From Mobula hypostoma (lineage: Eukaryota): a stretch of 64,000 nt of DNA. A program made the translations under genes and the position numbers. The stretch is from assembly GCF_963921235.1 (NCBI RefSeq), contig NC_086097.1, positions 229,278,001 through 229,342,000 on the forward strand, read 5' to 3'. Shown here one piece after another: positions 62,758 through 64,000 of the stretch. The notes under the pieces were generated by a model, which made no database searches, was not told the DNA's origin, and saw only the letters and a list, made by a program, of their open reading frames with translations. Each line of letters begins with the position of its first letter. Within the stretch, counting starts at the first letter, position 1.

Positions 62758-62940
62758 CACACACACAGAATGCTGGAGGAACTCTTCAGGTCAGGCAGCA
62801 TCCATGGATGTCGATGTCTCAGCCCAAAACGTTGATTGTATTCTTTTTCATAGATGCTGCCTGGCCAGTTGAGTTCCCCCAGCATTTTGTGTGTGTTTCT
62901 TGGATTTTCAGCATCTGCTGATTTTCTCTTGTTTGTGATT
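62758..62940 (+). mobile_element. Older fold-back Penelope-like insertion
   Basis: cacacacagaatgctggaggaactc..ggcagcatc inverted against gatgctgcc..gagttcccccagcattttgtgtgtg; possible decayed TSD ctccttgta / ctccttata. Confidence 0.7.
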
Positions 62941-63044
62941 GTCCTCCTTATATCTTAACCCTTTCATTCTTGTGAATGCTAGAATGCTAGAACGTCCTTT
63001 CTTAGATAAGGGGTCAAAACTGTTCACAATATTCCAAGTGCATA

Positions 63045-63305
63045 GTGCTTTCCCCTATTCCTTCTTCACCTTTCCTGCCTACCCCTCCCTGCTTCCCCTC
63101 CCCCACCCCTTTATCTTTCTCCTTACTGTTTTTTCACCTGGAACCTACCAGCCTCTCCTTCCCACCCTCCCCCCACCTTCTTTATAGGGCCTCTGCCCCT
63201 TCCCTCTTCAGTCCTGATGAAGGGTTCCGGCCCGAAACGTTGACTGATCATTTCCACGGATGCTGCCCGACCTGCTGAGTTCCTCCAGTGTTTTGTGAGT
63301 GTTGC
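63045..63305 (+). mobile_element. Penelope-like 3' UTR fragment with hammerhead motif (63208-63247)
   Basis: Pyrimidine-rich UTR, then tcagtc-ctgatga-agggttccggccc-gaaacgtt-gactga. Confidence 0.8.
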
Positions 63306-64000
63306 AGTCTGCCTAATGCCTTATAAAGCCTCAGCATTACATCCTTGCTCTTGTATTCTCATCCTCCTGAAGTGAATGCTAACAATGCAGTTACTGTACC
63401 TTCCTTACCGCAACTCACCTTGCAAGCTAACCTTAGGGAATCCTGCATGAGGACTCTCAAGTCCCTCTACGCCTCTGATTTTTGAATTTTCTCCCCATTT
63501 ACTCCTTCTGCCAAAGTGCATGACCGTGCACTTCCCTGCATTATATTCCATCTGCCACTTCTTTGCCTATTTCCCCCATCTGTATAAATCCTTCTGCTGT
63601 TACACTGCTTCCTCAACATTATCTGCCCCTCCACCTTTCTTTGTACCATCCGCAAACTTGGCCACAGAGCCATCATTCCTTCATCCAAATCATTGACATG
63701 AAAGGAAGTGGTCCCAACACAGACCCCTGTGGAACACCACTAGACACTGGCAGCCAACCAGAAAAGGCCCCCTTTATTCCCACTGTTTGCCTCGTGCCAG
63801 TCAGCCAATCTTCTATTCATTTTAGTACCATTCCCATAATGCCATGAGCACATATTTTGTTAAGCAGCATCGTGTGCAGAACCTTGTCAGAGGCCTTCCA
63901 AAAATCCAAATAAAAATCATCTACTGACTCAATTTTGTCTATCCTGCAAGCTATTTCCTCAAGAATTCCAAAAGATTTGTCAGGCAAGACCTCCCCTTCA

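Larger units (their letters stand above)
62570..64000 (-). mobile_element. CR1 LINE 3' part running off the window, with two PLE-derived insertions
   Basis: [10 protein letters not shown] and FADGTK on the minus strand. Confidence 0.85.

Overview
Eukaryotic, non-genic-looking DNA made almost entirely of nested transposable elements. The repeat spectrum (CR1 LINEs with tttctatg tails, Rex1/Babar, Neptune-type Penelope-like elements, a V-SINE) suggests a vertebrate, probably a cartilaginous fish (inference). Main contents: many degenerate CR1 LINEs, two retaining ORF1 with an SGNH esterase; several Rex1/Babar, one RTE and one twin-primed L1; a fragmented Gypsy LTR element (43.7-55.2 kb), a collapsed copy of the same family and an unrelated solo LTR; a Tigger deletion derivative; a hAT-like MITE with a 6-bp TSD; and a processed RPL27 pseudogene. 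The most notable signal is a set of fold-back (inverted-arm) Penelope-like insertions, four with exact 12-15 bp TSDs, carrying minimal hammerhead ribozyme motifs. Two of them share a breakpoint and a mosaic pattern of variants that hints at how the inverted structure is propagated. Host exons are only weak candidates. Boundaries without a quoted TSD are approximate, and all family assignments are by eye, with no database search.
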